DNA of 64,000 nt from Thermodesulfobacteriota bacterium (GTDB lineage: Bacteria; Desulfobacterota_D; UBA1144; Nemesobacterales; Nemesobacteraceae). The DNA is taken from positions 341,698 to 405,697 of the forward strand of contig OZ246948.1 in assembly GCA_965232155.1 (NCBI GenBank), read 5' to 3'. The notes beneath the pieces were generated by a model, which saw only the letters and a list, made by a program, of their open reading frames with translations, had not been told where the DNA came from and searched no databases. The position numbers and the translations under genes were made by a program. Position 1 is the stretch's first letter. Each line of letters starts with the position of its first letter. This document shows positions 54,970 through 64,000 of this stretch, in pieces.

Positions 54970-55576
54970 GACTCGCGGCCTCCATAAACCGCTTAAGCTC
55001 AAGATGATTTTTTATCCCCGGGGAGCTTTCAACCCCGGAACTCACGTCAACCGCGTAGGGATTCACCGTCTGTATGGCGTCCCGCACATTATCCGAGTTA
55101 AGACCTCCGGAAAGTATAACGAATTTATCCTCAAGTTTCCGGCGGGAAAGAACATCCCACGAGAAGCTCTCTCCAGTGCCTCCGTAGGCATCCGGCGAGT
55201 AGGCATCGAAAAGAAAGGCGTCCGTATCGTAGAGCTCCACCGCATCAAGACTTTCAGCGTTCTTAACTCTTACGGCCTTTATGTAGTTCTCTCCGAACGC
55301 GGCGCAGAACTCCGGGGTCTCATCCCCGTGGAACTGATAGACGTCAAAACCCGCAATGTCTTTTGCCTCCCTCAGGTAATCTGCCTCGGCGTTTACGAAA
55401 ACTCCCACCTTGGTTACAAATGGGGGGATCCGGCTTATCACTTCTCTCGCCTCTTTGGGGCTGATAAACCTCGGACTTTTCTCGTAGAAAACAAAACCGA
55501 GCGCCGAGGCTCCAAGCTGCACCGCGCAGAACGCATCCTCAGAGTTAGTTATTCCGCACACCTTTACTCTTGTCAT
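54956..55576 (-). CDS. trpF: Phosphoribosylanthranilate isomerase
   Basis: [10 protein letters not shown] and [10 protein letters not shown] motifs. Immediately upstream of trpB-trpA. Confidence 0.85.
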   Translation of the reverse strand: MTRVKVCGITNSEDAFCAVQLGASALGFVFYEKSPRFISPKEAREVISRIPPFVTKVGVFVNAEADYLREAKDIAGFDVYQFHGDETPEFCAAFGENYIKAVRVKNAESLDAVELYDTDAFLFDAYSPDAYGGTGESFSWDVLSRRKLEDKFVILSGGLNSDNVRDAIQTVNPYAVDVSSGVESSPGIKNHLELKRFMEAASHGQD

Positions 55577-55722
55577 TTGCGGGTAATCCTAACCGATGAG
55601 AAAAAATTAATTAACCGTATTTGAGCGCGAATAAAAAAAGCCCCTCGCACCGTCTCCGGAGCAAGGAGCTTTGGTCTAACAGATTAAAAGGAAGGAGAAA
55701 AACTTATTCCTTCGCGCGGGTC

Positions 55723-56994
55723 CTAGAAGTAGGTTTGAATCTGCGCTCTTACTATCGACTCATCAGACTCCGCACCAGCGAGATCCTCTTCCCTCTGGAA
55801 CGTGTAGTCAAGCTGTACCTTCCACTTGTGATTGCCGCTGAAGTAGTAGTTAAGTCCCTGCGTAAACGCCCATACATTGTCAAGGTCATTTCCTCCTACT
55901 ACATTCGCCCCATCATCAAACACTACCATCGCGTACCTTGAGGCAAGCTCTACTCTTTTCGGAAGAAGGAAAAAACCTCCCTGAACCCTGAAACCCTGAT
56001 CATAGGCTGTGTCTACTCCGCCCTCATCAGAATTGGCCCACCTTCCGATATACTCACCCGTAAGATTGAACCTCGGGTCCCTGTAGTTTACGTCCGCCGT
56101 GAAGGAAGTTACCGTACCGCTCTCAAGCTCTCTCTCCCCGGATGGAATCCCTATATTGCCATCACTCCCATCCTCTACATCTATGCCCGCAACAGCGGCT
56201 CCAACCATGAGCGTGGGCCTCTTGGCGAAATTCTCTTTTACGCTCTTGGCTTTCCCACCGATAACGGATGCCTGCACTCTCCCGGCCCAGAGCATACCTG
56301 TGTCACCCTTGTCGTTTTTCTGGTTCGCGCCCTCTCCCTGGAAAACACCTAAGTCATACCGGACCATTCCGCCGCCGAGAAGACCGTAAACACCACCACC
56401 GATATCCCTGTCGTACTCAAAATAGTCGGTTATTATCGAACGGTCTACAACCTGAAGGGCGGATGAGGAGTTAAGCACCTCCCTGTTGAACGGAACCTTG
56501 TACTGACCCACCGTGGGAACAAAAGCCTTGTTCTTGGCAAATGAAAGCTTCATATCTTTGAGTTCACCGGTTCTTCCGAAATCGTACTGAATTTTGTATT
56601 TCATCCAGGGAGCGAAAGCGTTACCGTCCCACGTTATCCTTAGCCTTCTTACCCTGAAACCGAGACCTTCATCATCTTCTCCGTCAGGGTTTATGTAGTT
56701 GGCGAGGAACTGACCGCGAAGCCTCATTCTCATCTTGTAGTTCTTGTCCGCAGTCTGGAAAGTAAGACCAGTGCCTTTTTTAGTTTCGACCTTTATTTTG
56801 TTGTGCCAAGCCTTAGAATCTTTCGCCGTGGCCTCGTATGCCTTGATGTTCATCTGCTGCTCAAGCTTTTCTATCTGCTGCTTGAGTTCCTCGATCTGTT
56901 CCCTGATGCTCTCGTCCTCGCCGGCCTGGGCGGGAAGTGATATAAAGGGAAGCAGAGTGAAAAAAGAAATAGCTAAAACTGCTAAAATTCTCAT
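55723..56994 (-). CDS. Outer membrane porin (phosphate-selective porin O/P-like), with N-terminal coiled coil
   Basis: Signal peptide. Coiled-coil IREQIEELKQQIEKLEQQM. Beta-barrel body ending in an aromatic residue (IQTYF). Divergent from phoB and adjacent to the pst operon. Paralogous to the porin at 15790. Confidence 0.6.
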   Translation of the reverse strand: MRILAVLAISFFTLLPFISLPAQAGEDESIREQIEELKQQIEKLEQQMNIKAYEATAKDSKAWHNKIKVETKKGTGLTFQTADKNYKMRMRLRGQFLANYINPDGEDDEGLGFRVRRLRITWDGNAFAPWMKYKIQYDFGRTGELKDMKLSFAKNKAFVPTVGQYKVPFNREVLNSSSALQVVDRSIITDYFEYDRDIGGGVYGLLGGGMVRYDLGVFQGEGANQKNDKGDTGMLWAGRVQASVIGGKAKSVKENFAKRPTLMVGAAVAGIDVEDGSDGNIGIPSGERELESGTVTSFTADVNYRDPRFNLTGEYIGRWANSDEGGVDTAYDQGFRVQGGFFLLPKRVELASRYAMVVFDDGANVVGGNDLDNVWAFTQGLNYYFSGNHKWKVQLDYTFQREEDLAGAESDESIVRAQIQTYF

Positions 56995-57160
56995 CTCATG
57001 TCTTCCTTAATGTGTTTGTTGGTCTGCTTTAAACAACTCTGGCCTAATGATATGCGTGAATGATTAATTCAAAATAAACGAACTGTTAGTTCTATGTTAA
57101 GAACCTTCAGGGTGTAATTGATGTACACTTCTGTATTCTGTAAATTAAGAAAGAACACAG

Positions 57161-57859
57161 ATGAGAAAGCTCATAGCTGTAGTAGATGATGAAAAAGACA
57201 TACTCAACCTGATAACCCACCATCTAAAGCGCGAAGGGTACCAGGTAAAGTCTTTTCAAAGTGGAAAGGACTTTCTGCTCTACATAAATTCCGTTCCGCC
57301 CGATCTGGTGCTGCTTGACATCATGTTGCCCGGCATGGACGGCCTTGAACTGTGTAAAATCCTTAAAAGCAAGCCCTCGACGGAATCCATACCCATAATC
57401 ATGATCACCGCGAAATCCACCGAGGCCGACATAGTAGTGGGTCTCGAACTCGGTGCCGATGACTACATAGTGAAGCCCTTCCGGACCAGGGAACTCGTCG
57501 CCAGAGTGAAAAGCATCTTGAGAAGATACGCGATGAAGGACTCGTGGGACGGCGCGCTTCGGATCGGCCCCCTCAAAATAGACTCGGCAAGCTACGAGGT
57601 TTCGGTCAACTCGCGGAAAATTGATCTTACCACCACCGAGTTCAGAATACTCGAGACCCTGGGGGAGGTGGAGGGAAAGGTTTTCACCCGCGACCAGCTG
57701 CTCAAAAGAAAAACCCTCTGGGGAGACGAAAGAGTGGTTTTTGACAGAACTATAGACGTTCACATAAAAAACCTGAGAGAAAAGCTCGGTTCCGCCGGCA
57801 AGATGATAAAGACCGTGAGAGGAATCGGTTACAAGCTAGAAGAGATCCAACCGGTTTGA
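57161..57859 (+). CDS. phoB: OmpR/PhoB family response regulator
   Basis: Receiver domain with the phospho-Asp in LVLLDIMLPGMDG. Winged-helix C-terminal domain. Confidence 0.85.
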   Translation: MRKLIAVVDDEKDILNLITHHLKREGYQVKSFQSGKDFLLYINSVPPDLVLLDIMLPGMDGLELCKILKSKPSTESIPIIMITAKSTEADIVVGLELGADDYIVKPFRTRELVARVKSILRRYAMKDSWDGALRIGPLKIDSASYEVSVNSRKIDLTTTEFRILETLGEVEGKVFTRDQLLKRKTLWGDERVVFDRTIDVHIKNLREKLGSAGKMIKTVRGIGYKLEEIQPV

Positions 57860-59223
57860 AAATATTCAGAAAACATTTCCTTTATCTGCTCTGCATCGCC
57901 GCCACCGCGGCTCTGCTCGCCATGCTGCTTCCACCCAAGCATGGAGTTCTCGGTTACTTAGTGTACGTGGCCGCGTTTACGGCATTCGGATTAGTGCTGT
58001 CGCGGATAATCGAAAGGGACATCCTGAAAGACTTCTCAAGGATATCAAAGGCGCTTGAACTCCTGCCGGAAAAGCAGAAGAAAGCCCGCAAGACGGGCCG
58101 CAAGGTAGGCGACTTCGACACCGGAGTCTCGATCTCCATAAGCGAGCTCTCGGAGAGGATTTCCCTCCAGATGCAGTCAACCGAAAGGGAGGGAAACCAG
58201 CTCAAGAGCATAATCGAGTCGATGAGGGAAGGAGTCATAGTAATATCTAGGGAAGAGGAACTGATACTTGTAAATGACGCCGCCAAGGAGATGTTTGGAA
58301 TTGAGGACGCAGCCTTAGGACGCCCCTACATGGAAACTGTGAGAAATCCTGATCTCCAGAGGCTTATCTCAAGGATGCAGAAAAAGAAGAAGTCGGCCAC
58401 CCAGGAAATCTCGGTGCTTTACCCAGCGGAAAGATCATACCTTGTGAGTGTCCGTGTAAGTCCCCGTTACAGGGAAATCGTGGTGGTGATTTTCGATATC
58501 ACAGAATTTAAGAAGCTTGAGCGAATGAAGGCTGATTTCGTGGCGAACGTATCCCACGAGTTCCGAACCCCGCTTACGTCCATAAAAGGATACATCGAAA
58601 CGCTCCTTGATAAGAACTACGACACCGACGAAGAGAAAAAGAGATTCCTCGAGATAATAGAGGAAAACACCGACAGGCTCATAGCCATAGCTTCAGATCT
58701 GCTCGTGTTGTCTGAGCTTGAAAGCGGAGGAACCGATCCCCCAGACTCCGGGAAAGGGTACGAGGAGATCAACATCGAGGAAACGATCATTCGCTCTGTG
58801 GGCTCACTTGACTCCCTATTCTCGAGAAAAGGGGTCAATCTCTCCCTTGAAATCGAAGACGGCCTGCCCCCCTACAGGGCAAACAGGTTCCTCATGGAGC
58901 GCATGCTTATTAACCTTGTTGAGAACTCGGCTAAGTACACCCCGGAAAACGGCTCTGTTGCTGTCCGCGCCTCGGCCCCAAACAGCACCTTGCGCATAGA
59001 GGTTGAAGATAACGGGATTGGAATCCCCCAAGAGCACCACCAGAGGATATTTGAGAGATTCTACAGGGTGGACAAGAACCGTTCAAGGGAGATAGGCGGA
59101 ACGGGGCTTGGACTCAGCATAGTGAAGCACATAGTCATACAGTACGGGGGAACCATAGAAGTGAGAAGCGCGGAGGGTGAGGGAAGCATGTTCACCGTTG
59201 AGCTTCCGCGACCTGAGAAGTAA
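57856..59223 (+). CDS. phoR: Phosphate regulon sensor histidine kinase (PhoR-like) with PAS domain
   Basis: H-box SHEFRTPLTSI. N, G1 and G2 boxes (DNGIGIP, GGTGLGLSIV). Overlaps the phoB stop. Confidence 0.8.
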   Translation: MKIFRKHFLYLLCIAATAALLAMLLPPKHGVLGYLVYVAAFTAFGLVLSRIIERDILKDFSRISKALELLPEKQKKARKTGRKVGDFDTGVSISISELSERISLQMQSTEREGNQLKSIIESMREGVIVISREEELILVNDAAKEMFGIEDAALGRPYMETVRNPDLQRLISRMQKKKKSATQEISVLYPAERSYLVSVRVSPRYREIVVVIFDITEFKKLERMKADFVANVSHEFRTPLTSIKGYIETLLDKNYDTDEEKKRFLEIIEENTDRLIAIASDLLVLSELESGGTDPPDSGKGYEEINIEETIIRSVGSLDSLFSRKGVNLSLEIEDGLPPYRANRFLMERMLINLVENSAKYTPENGSVAVRASAPNSTLRIEVEDNGIGIPQEHHQRIFERFYRVDKNRSREIGGTGLGLSIVKHIVIQYGGTIEVRSAEGEGSMFTVELPRPEK

Positions 59224-59232
59224 ACGCAGCGG

Positions 59233-59898
59233 TCAGTTCATCTCCGAAGTGTGCTGATGCTTAAGCATCTCTCCGGTGGCTATGTAGTAGGCGTTCTCGG
59301 CTATGTTGGTCGCAAGATCCGCCACTCTTTCAAGATGCCTCGCGACGTAAATGTAGCGAAGTGCCCGGTCAAGCGTTGAGGGGTCCGATATCACAAAGGT
59401 TATAAGCTCCCTTACTATCTGGGGTTCGTAGTTATCGACTTCGTCGTCTTTGCGACAGACCTCAACGGCAAGTTGCTCATCACTTCTTATAAACGCGTCC
59501 AAGGCCTCGCGGAGCATCTCCAGCGCCTTGTCAGCCATCTTGGGAATGTCAATAAGCGGCTTTATAGGGGGATAATTCGCCGTGAAAAGAGCCATTCTCG
59601 AGATACTCGAGGCATGGTCCCCTATCCTCTCAAGATCGTTGTTGACCTTCATTATCATGGTGACGGTCCGCAGATCTGTGGCCTCCGGCTGGTAAAGAGC
59701 CAGTATCTTGATACAGAGGTTGTCTATCTCGATCTCCATCGAGTTTACCTGGTCATCCGTGCCGATAACCTCCTGAGCAAGAATCATGTTGCCTTCGCGA
59801 AGGGCCTTTATGCTCTTGGCAATCATGGTCTCGACAATGGATGCCATCTCAAGCAGTTTCTTGTTAAGAAGCACGAGGTCCCCTTGGTATTTTATCAT
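59233..59898 (-). CDS. phoU: Phosphate signalling complex protein PhoU
   Basis: Two PhoU repeats with the conserved D...ER.GD motifs (NDLERIGDHA and RHLERVADLA). Confidence 0.9.
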   Translation of the reverse strand: MIKYQGDLVLLNKKLLEMASIVETMIAKSIKALREGNMILAQEVIGTDDQVNSMEIEIDNLCIKILALYQPEATDLRTVTMIMKVNNDLERIGDHASSISRMALFTANYPPIKPLIDIPKMADKALEMLREALDAFIRSDEQLAVEVCRKDDEVDNYEPQIVRELITFVISDPSTLDRALRYIYVARHLERVADLATNIAENAYYIATGEMLKHQHTSEMN

Positions 59899-59922
59899 CC
59901 GTAATTGCTCCTTCGGAGATGT

Positions 59923-60798
59923 CTAGCCGAACTTGCCCGAGACATAGTCTTCAGTGTGTTTTTTGGCAGGGTTAAGGAATATCTTCTCCGTGGTGTCAAA
60001 CTCCACTATGTCTCCTATGTACATGAAGGCCGTGTAATCCGAGACCCGGGAGGCCTGCTGCATATTGTGGGTCACGATCACTATGGTGAACTTGCTTTTA
60101 AGTTCCGTAACAAGATCCTCTATCTTGGCCGTAGCTATGGGATCAAGCGCGGAGCAGGGCTCATCCATCAAAAGCACGTCCGGTTCAACCGCTATTGCCC
60201 TCGCGATGCAGAGTCTTTGCTGCTGACCTCCCGAAAGGCTCATGGCGCTGTCATTAAGCCTGTCGTTTACCTCGTCCCAGAGGGCGGAGCGTTTGAGGTT
60301 TTTCTCCACGATATCGTCAAGAACAGATTTCTTCTTGATCCCCGCTATCCTGGCCCCGTAGGCGACGTTCTCGTAGATTGACTTGGGAAACGGATTTGAT
60401 TTCTGAAATACCATCCCGACCCTTTTTCTAAGATCGGTGATGTCGACATCGGAATCGAATATGCTTTTACCGTTAATCGATATGTCCCCTTCGGTCCTGC
60501 AGTCATCAATGAGGTCGTTTAAGCGGTTAAAGCAGCGAAGCAACGTGGATTTGCCACAGCCAGAAGGGCCTATAAACGCCGTGACCTGTTTTCTCGGGAT
60601 ATTCATGTTGATGTCCCGAAGGGCCTGCTTTGTGCCGTAAAAAAGACTCAAGCTTTCGACTTCGACCAAGGGGTTGGGAACAGGCCTTGCCTTCTCCGGT
60701 TTCTTGGCCTTGGGAGCCGGGGAAACACCGTTTGTCTTCGGGGTTCTGAACTCCTGTTTTTCCATCGGTTTTTCAGACAGCATTAAATCTTCCTCCAC
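59923..60798 (-). CDS. pstB: Phosphate ABC transporter ATP-binding protein
   Basis: Walker [10 protein letters not shown]. Signature LSGGQQQRL. Walker B LLMDEP. Start possibly at a downstream Met. Confidence 0.9.
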   Translation of the reverse strand: MEEDLMLSEKPMEKQEFRTPKTNGVSPAPKAKKPEKARPVPNPLVEVESLSLFYGTKQALRDINMNIPRKQVTAFIGPSGCGKSTLLRCFNRLNDLIDDCRTEGDISINGKSIFDSDVDITDLRKRVGMVFQKSNPFPKSIYENVAYGARIAGIKKKSVLDDIVEKNLKRSALWDEVNDRLNDSAMSLSGGQQQRLCIARAIAVEPDVLLMDEPCSALDPIATAKIEDLVTELKSKFTIVIVTHNMQQASRVSDYTAFMYIGDIVEFDTTEKIFLNPAKKHTEDYVSGKFG

Positions 60799-60816
60799 TA
60801 CTTATACCCTATTAAA

Positions 60817-62433
60817 CTACACTGCGGAAGTCGCGTATTTTTTCCTTAGCCTGTTTCTTATTATTATCGCCGTTATGTTAAGCACAACGACTATCAGTAT
60901 GAGCAGAAAGGCAGTCATGAACACCATAGGTTTTGCTGCCTCGGCGTTTGGAGACTGAAAGCCGAGATCATATATGTGGAACCCGAGATGCATGAACTTC
61001 CTCTCGAGGTGAAGGAAGGGGAAGTGCCCGTCTATGGGAAGATCAGGCGCAAGTTTCACGACTCCCGTTATCATGAGCGGGGCCACCTCTCCGGTGGCCC
61101 GGGCTACCGCCAGAATAAGGCCCGTAAGTATGGCCGGAAGCGCACTCGGAATAACCACCTTCCAGGTAGTCTCGAACTTCGTTGCCCCGAGTGCAAGCGA
61201 CCCCTCTCTTATGTTTCTCGGAACTGCGGCGAGTCCCTCTTCGGTCGCGACTATTACCACCGGAACAGTGAGGAGAGCGAGGGTAAGCGATGCCCACAGT
61301 ATTCCTCCCGTGCCGAAAGTCGGGCTTGGGAGAGCCTCCTTGAAAAACACGGAGTCGATTATGCCCCCTACGCCGTAGAGAAAGAATCCCACTCCGAAAA
61401 CTCCGAACACTATCGAGGGAACCCCGGCCAGATTGTTAACGCATATCCGAACAATTCTTACCATCACTCCCTGCCTGGCGTACTCCCGGAGATAAAGTGC
61501 CGCTATGACTCCGAAAGGCATAACTACTATGCTCATTATAAGCACCATGAGCACCGTGCCGAATATCGCGGGGAAGATTCCGCCCTCGGTGTTCGCCTCC
61601 CTGGGCTCATCGGAGACAAATCCCCAGAATCTCTTGACGTAAAAACCGGCTTTTTCCGCAAACCCCATGTCGTTTGGACGGAAGGCGAGCACAATCTTCC
61701 CAAGTGGGATCACCTTCTCGTCCCCCCCAGCGGAGGTCATCACCGCCTCGTTTCTGTTAAGCTCGGTGTAGAGCGCTTCGAGCTTCGCCTCACTTGCCTT
61801 GTACCTATTTTCGTATTCTTTTATTTTCAAGCGATGCTCGGCCTCCTTAGCGGGATCGCCTTCGCCGCGCATCGCAAGGCCACGGAGCTTAAGACGCTGC
61901 TTTTCAATTCCGTGGTTTATATCCCCTATCTCACCTTTTTCTATCTTAAGTATCTTGGCGTGTATCTTGTTTGAGTCGCGTATGAGACCCCGAAGCACGG
62001 AGAAAGCCTCAGTGTCCCCGCCCAGGATCACCATCCCGTTCTTTCTTATCTCCTTTAAGTAGCCGTGGTAATTACCCCACTCGTGCCGTTCCAAAACCAC
62101 GGCGTTGCGAGGATAGTCGCGCGACGCTATTTCCGCCTCGTTTATCCATTTGAAGTCAAGACCGTAGAGATCCCTGTTTCCTATCTTGAGTTTAACTCGG
62201 GACCCAGAGCCCCTTACTCCGTCGCTATCCCGCACGGACTCCCTAGCGTGAAGTTGCCCCAAGTAGACAGAGCCGTCTCTAAGCGTATAGTGCCCGATAT
62301 CCGCCGGCCACATAGAACCCAGACCTTTTGTGGCTATGAGAAACAGAAGTCCCCCTATCATCACAAGCGTGATCATGAGGGCAAGGCCCGATATCCAAAT
62401 GTAGGCGTCACCTGCTTTCCAGAGTTTAGGCAT
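60817..62433 (-). CDS. pstA: Phosphate ABC transporter permease PstA (long form with about 250-aa periplasmic insertion)
   Basis: C-terminal PstA core (EAA-like loop ALGATKFETTWKVVIPSALP). Preceded by an N-terminal TM helix plus a large coiled-coil-containing periplasmic domain. 538 aa. Confidence 0.85.
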   Translation of the reverse strand: MPKLWKAGDAYIWISGLALMITLVMIGGLLFLIATKGLGSMWPADIGHYTLRDGSVYLGQLHARESVRDSDGVRGSGSRVKLKIGNRDLYGLDFKWINEAEIASRDYPRNAVVLERHEWGNYHGYLKEIRKNGMVILGGDTEAFSVLRGLIRDSNKIHAKILKIEKGEIGDINHGIEKQRLKLRGLAMRGEGDPAKEAEHRLKIKEYENRYKASEAKLEALYTELNRNEAVMTSAGGDEKVIPLGKIVLAFRPNDMGFAEKAGFYVKRFWGFVSDEPREANTEGGIFPAIFGTVLMVLIMSIVVMPFGVIAALYLREYARQGVMVRIVRICVNNLAGVPSIVFGVFGVGFFLYGVGGIIDSVFFKEALPSPTFGTGGILWASLTLALLTVPVVIVATEEGLAAVPRNIREGSLALGATKFETTWKVVIPSALPAILTGLILAVARATGEVAPLMITGVVKLAPDLPIDGHFPFLHLERKFMHLGFHIYDLGFQSPNAEAAKPMVFMTAFLLILIVVVLNITAIIIRNRLRKKYATSAV

Positions 62434-64000
62434 CGGACTGTGCGTATTTCCTCCTCAGTCTCTGGCTTAGAATCTCCGCCAGAGTGTTAAGCAAAAAGGT
62501 GGCCGCAAACAGCAGAATCGCCGTCAGGAAAAGGACCCTGTAGAGGGTTCCCCCGTGCGGGGCTTCTGGAAGTTCGACCGCGATGTTAGCCGAAAGAGCC
62601 CGGAAGCCGTTAAAAAAGCTCCAGTCCATAACCGGAGTGTTGCCCGTAGCCATGAGCACGATCATAGTCTCCCCCACGGCTCTTCCGAAACCTATCATGA
62701 TGGCTGAGAATATGCCAGCGCTCGCCGAGGGCAGAACTATTCTGGTGGCCGTCTGCCACCTGTTGGCCCCGAGAGCCAGAGATCCCGCAGAAAGAGTCCT
62801 TGGGACGCTTGATAGTGCATCTTCAGAGATTGTAAATATGATGGGAATCACCGTAAAGCCCATCGCGAATCCCACGACCAGCATGTTTCTTTGATCGTAG
62901 CGAAGATCGAACATCCTGAAAAACCAGTCTCTAAAGTCCCCGGCGAAAACGAGACTCTCAAGCGGACTGTTGAGCCACAGGGAAAGCGCAGCGGCAATCC
63001 CTATAACTCCCACGAGCGTGAAAAACTCGGCTCCCGCCCGGAATCTCCCGGAAAATGAGAACGGAAGACGGTGCCATAGGAGAAGCACAAGAAGGGTAAG
63101 CGCAATCACAATAAACGGCATCATCAGAGTCGCGACGAAAATCTTCTCAAGCAGCGGCGCAAGCCAGAGACCCGCCAGAAATCCGAGCACAACGCTTGGA
63201 AGCGCCGCCATTACCTCTATTACAGGCTTTACCACGTTCCTTATGGAAGGATGGAGAAACTGCGAAACGCATATTGCCGCCAGAACCGCAAGCGGAATCG
63301 AAAGTATCATCGTGTATATGGCGCCCTTCAGGGTTCCGTAGGCAAGCGGCGTCAGGCTGAACTTAGGTTCGAACTCATCCGTCCCCCCCGTTGACTGCCA
63401 CACATACCGGGGCCTGTCGTAGCCCTCGTACCATATTTTTCCGAAAAGGGTGCGGAAATTAGTCTCGGGATGCGGATTATCAAGATGATAGTTTGAAAGC
63501 ATCATGTCGGAATCCACGGCCACCACCCCGTCCGCCTTGGGAGAAAAGCTAAGCCCTGCGTAAGGCTTTCCGTGGCCCGGAAAATCCAGCTGCTTTATGG
63601 CGGAAGTGGCCTGGTAAAGGAATATGTTTCCCGAGGTGTCGGAAGCAAGAAATCCCCTCCCCCTCTGCGACGCGGAGAGCTTGTCTACCGCCCCTGGAAG
63701 CGAGGGCAGAACATGTATCTTAGTAAGCTTGCTTCCCTCGCCGCCGTCCGCAGCCTCGAACCACACACTTACGTTTCCCGCGGAGTCGCCGACAATGAGG
63801 GAACGGTGACCTAGGAGGAACCCTATTTTAGTAACTGCCACCCCGGGACCCTCAGTAGCCGCAAGTATGGATTTGAGCTCTGGAGAAGAGGGGTCTGAAA
63901 GCGACCAGTGATAAAGTTTCCCGTTCTTTGTTGAGACGTAGAGGTTCTGGGTTTCGGAATCGACCTGCACTCCGGTGACCTCGGCTCCTTCAAGCTCCAC
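62426..64000 (-). CDS. pstC: Phosphate ABC transporter permease PstC (long form; N-terminal beta-propeller-like domain), partial; the N-terminus lies beyond the window end
   Basis: C-terminal PstC core (LSAGSLALGANRWQTATRIVLP). N-terminal repeats GKLYHWSL, GNVSVWF and GNIFLY suggest propeller blades. Overlaps the pstA start by 8 nt. Confidence 0.8.
   Translation of the reverse strand: MELEGAEVTGVQVDSETQNLYVSTKNGKLYHWSLSDPSSPELKSILAATEGPGVAVTKIGFLLGHRSLIVGDSAGNVSVWFEAADGGEGSKLTKIHVLPSLPGAVDKLSASQRGRGFLASDTSGNIFLYQATSAIKQLDFPGHGKPYAGLSFSPKADGVVAVDSDMMLSNYHLDNPHPETNFRTLFGKIWYEGYDRPRYVWQSTGGTDEFEPKFSLTPLAYGTLKGAIYTMILSIPLAVLAAICVSQFLHPSIRNVVKPVIEVMAALPSVVLGFLAGLWLAPLLEKIFVATLMMPFIVIALTLLVLLLWHRLPFSFSGRFRAGAEFFTLVGVIGIAAALSLWLNSPLESLVFAGDFRDWFFRMFDLRYDQRNMLVVGFAMGFTVIPIIFTISEDALSSVPRTLSAGSLALGANRWQTATRIVLPSASAGIFSAIMIGFGRAVGETMIVLMATGNTPVMDWSFFNGFRALSANIAVELPEAPHGGTLYRVLFLTAILLFAATFLLNTLAEILSQRLRRKYAQSDA

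Noticed and set aside
60976-61974. 332-aa plus-strand ORF
   Set aside because: Antisense to pstA, with an Arg/His-rich composition typical of shadow ORFs.

Overview
This 64 kb window is a gene-dense chromosomal segment (about 55% GC) from a diderm (Gram-negative-type) bacterium. The diderm call rests on a type II secretion secretin, a TonB-dependent receptor and two outer-membrane porins. Most of the window is housekeeping: tig-clpP-clpX, ilvN-ilvC, bolA-grxD, pssA-psd, gltB-gltD, tyrS, trpF-trpB-trpA, nadE, birA, ruvX, rnhA and a PhoB/PhoR-PhoU-PstCAB phosphate regulon. There are three tRNAs (Leu-TAG, Lys-CTT, Met/Ile2-CAT) and a type A RNase P RNA that abuts the rnhA stop codon. One long secretin gene on the minus strand at positions 1-1730 is missing from the supplied ORF track, apparently because its stop lies outside the window; I identified it by manual translation. 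No CRISPR array, integrase or transposase was seen. Three stretches look accessory or novel: (1) an operon ArgC-like reductase / acyl-AMP ligase / acyl carrier protein (48.6-51.4 kb) that reads like a split carboxylic-acid reductase module; (2) an iron-uptake island (13.5-19.3 kb) with a cytochrome c-FTR1 permease fusion, a divergent porin, a secreted FMN-binding protein carrying an ApbE flavinylation motif, a small membrane protein and an ApbE flavin transferase, suggesting a flavin-based extracytoplasmic ferric-reductase/iron-import system; (3) a BtrH-like papain-fold protein plus a DUF1152-like protein as a divergent pair beside gspC-gspD. There are also several unusual non-coding elements: an operator-like palindrome on a sigma70 promoter, a 666 nt non-coding region with a poly-C tract, and a triple repeat motif at a DUF4143 ATPase start. 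All functional calls come from reading the translated ORFs and motifs by eye; no database searches were run.
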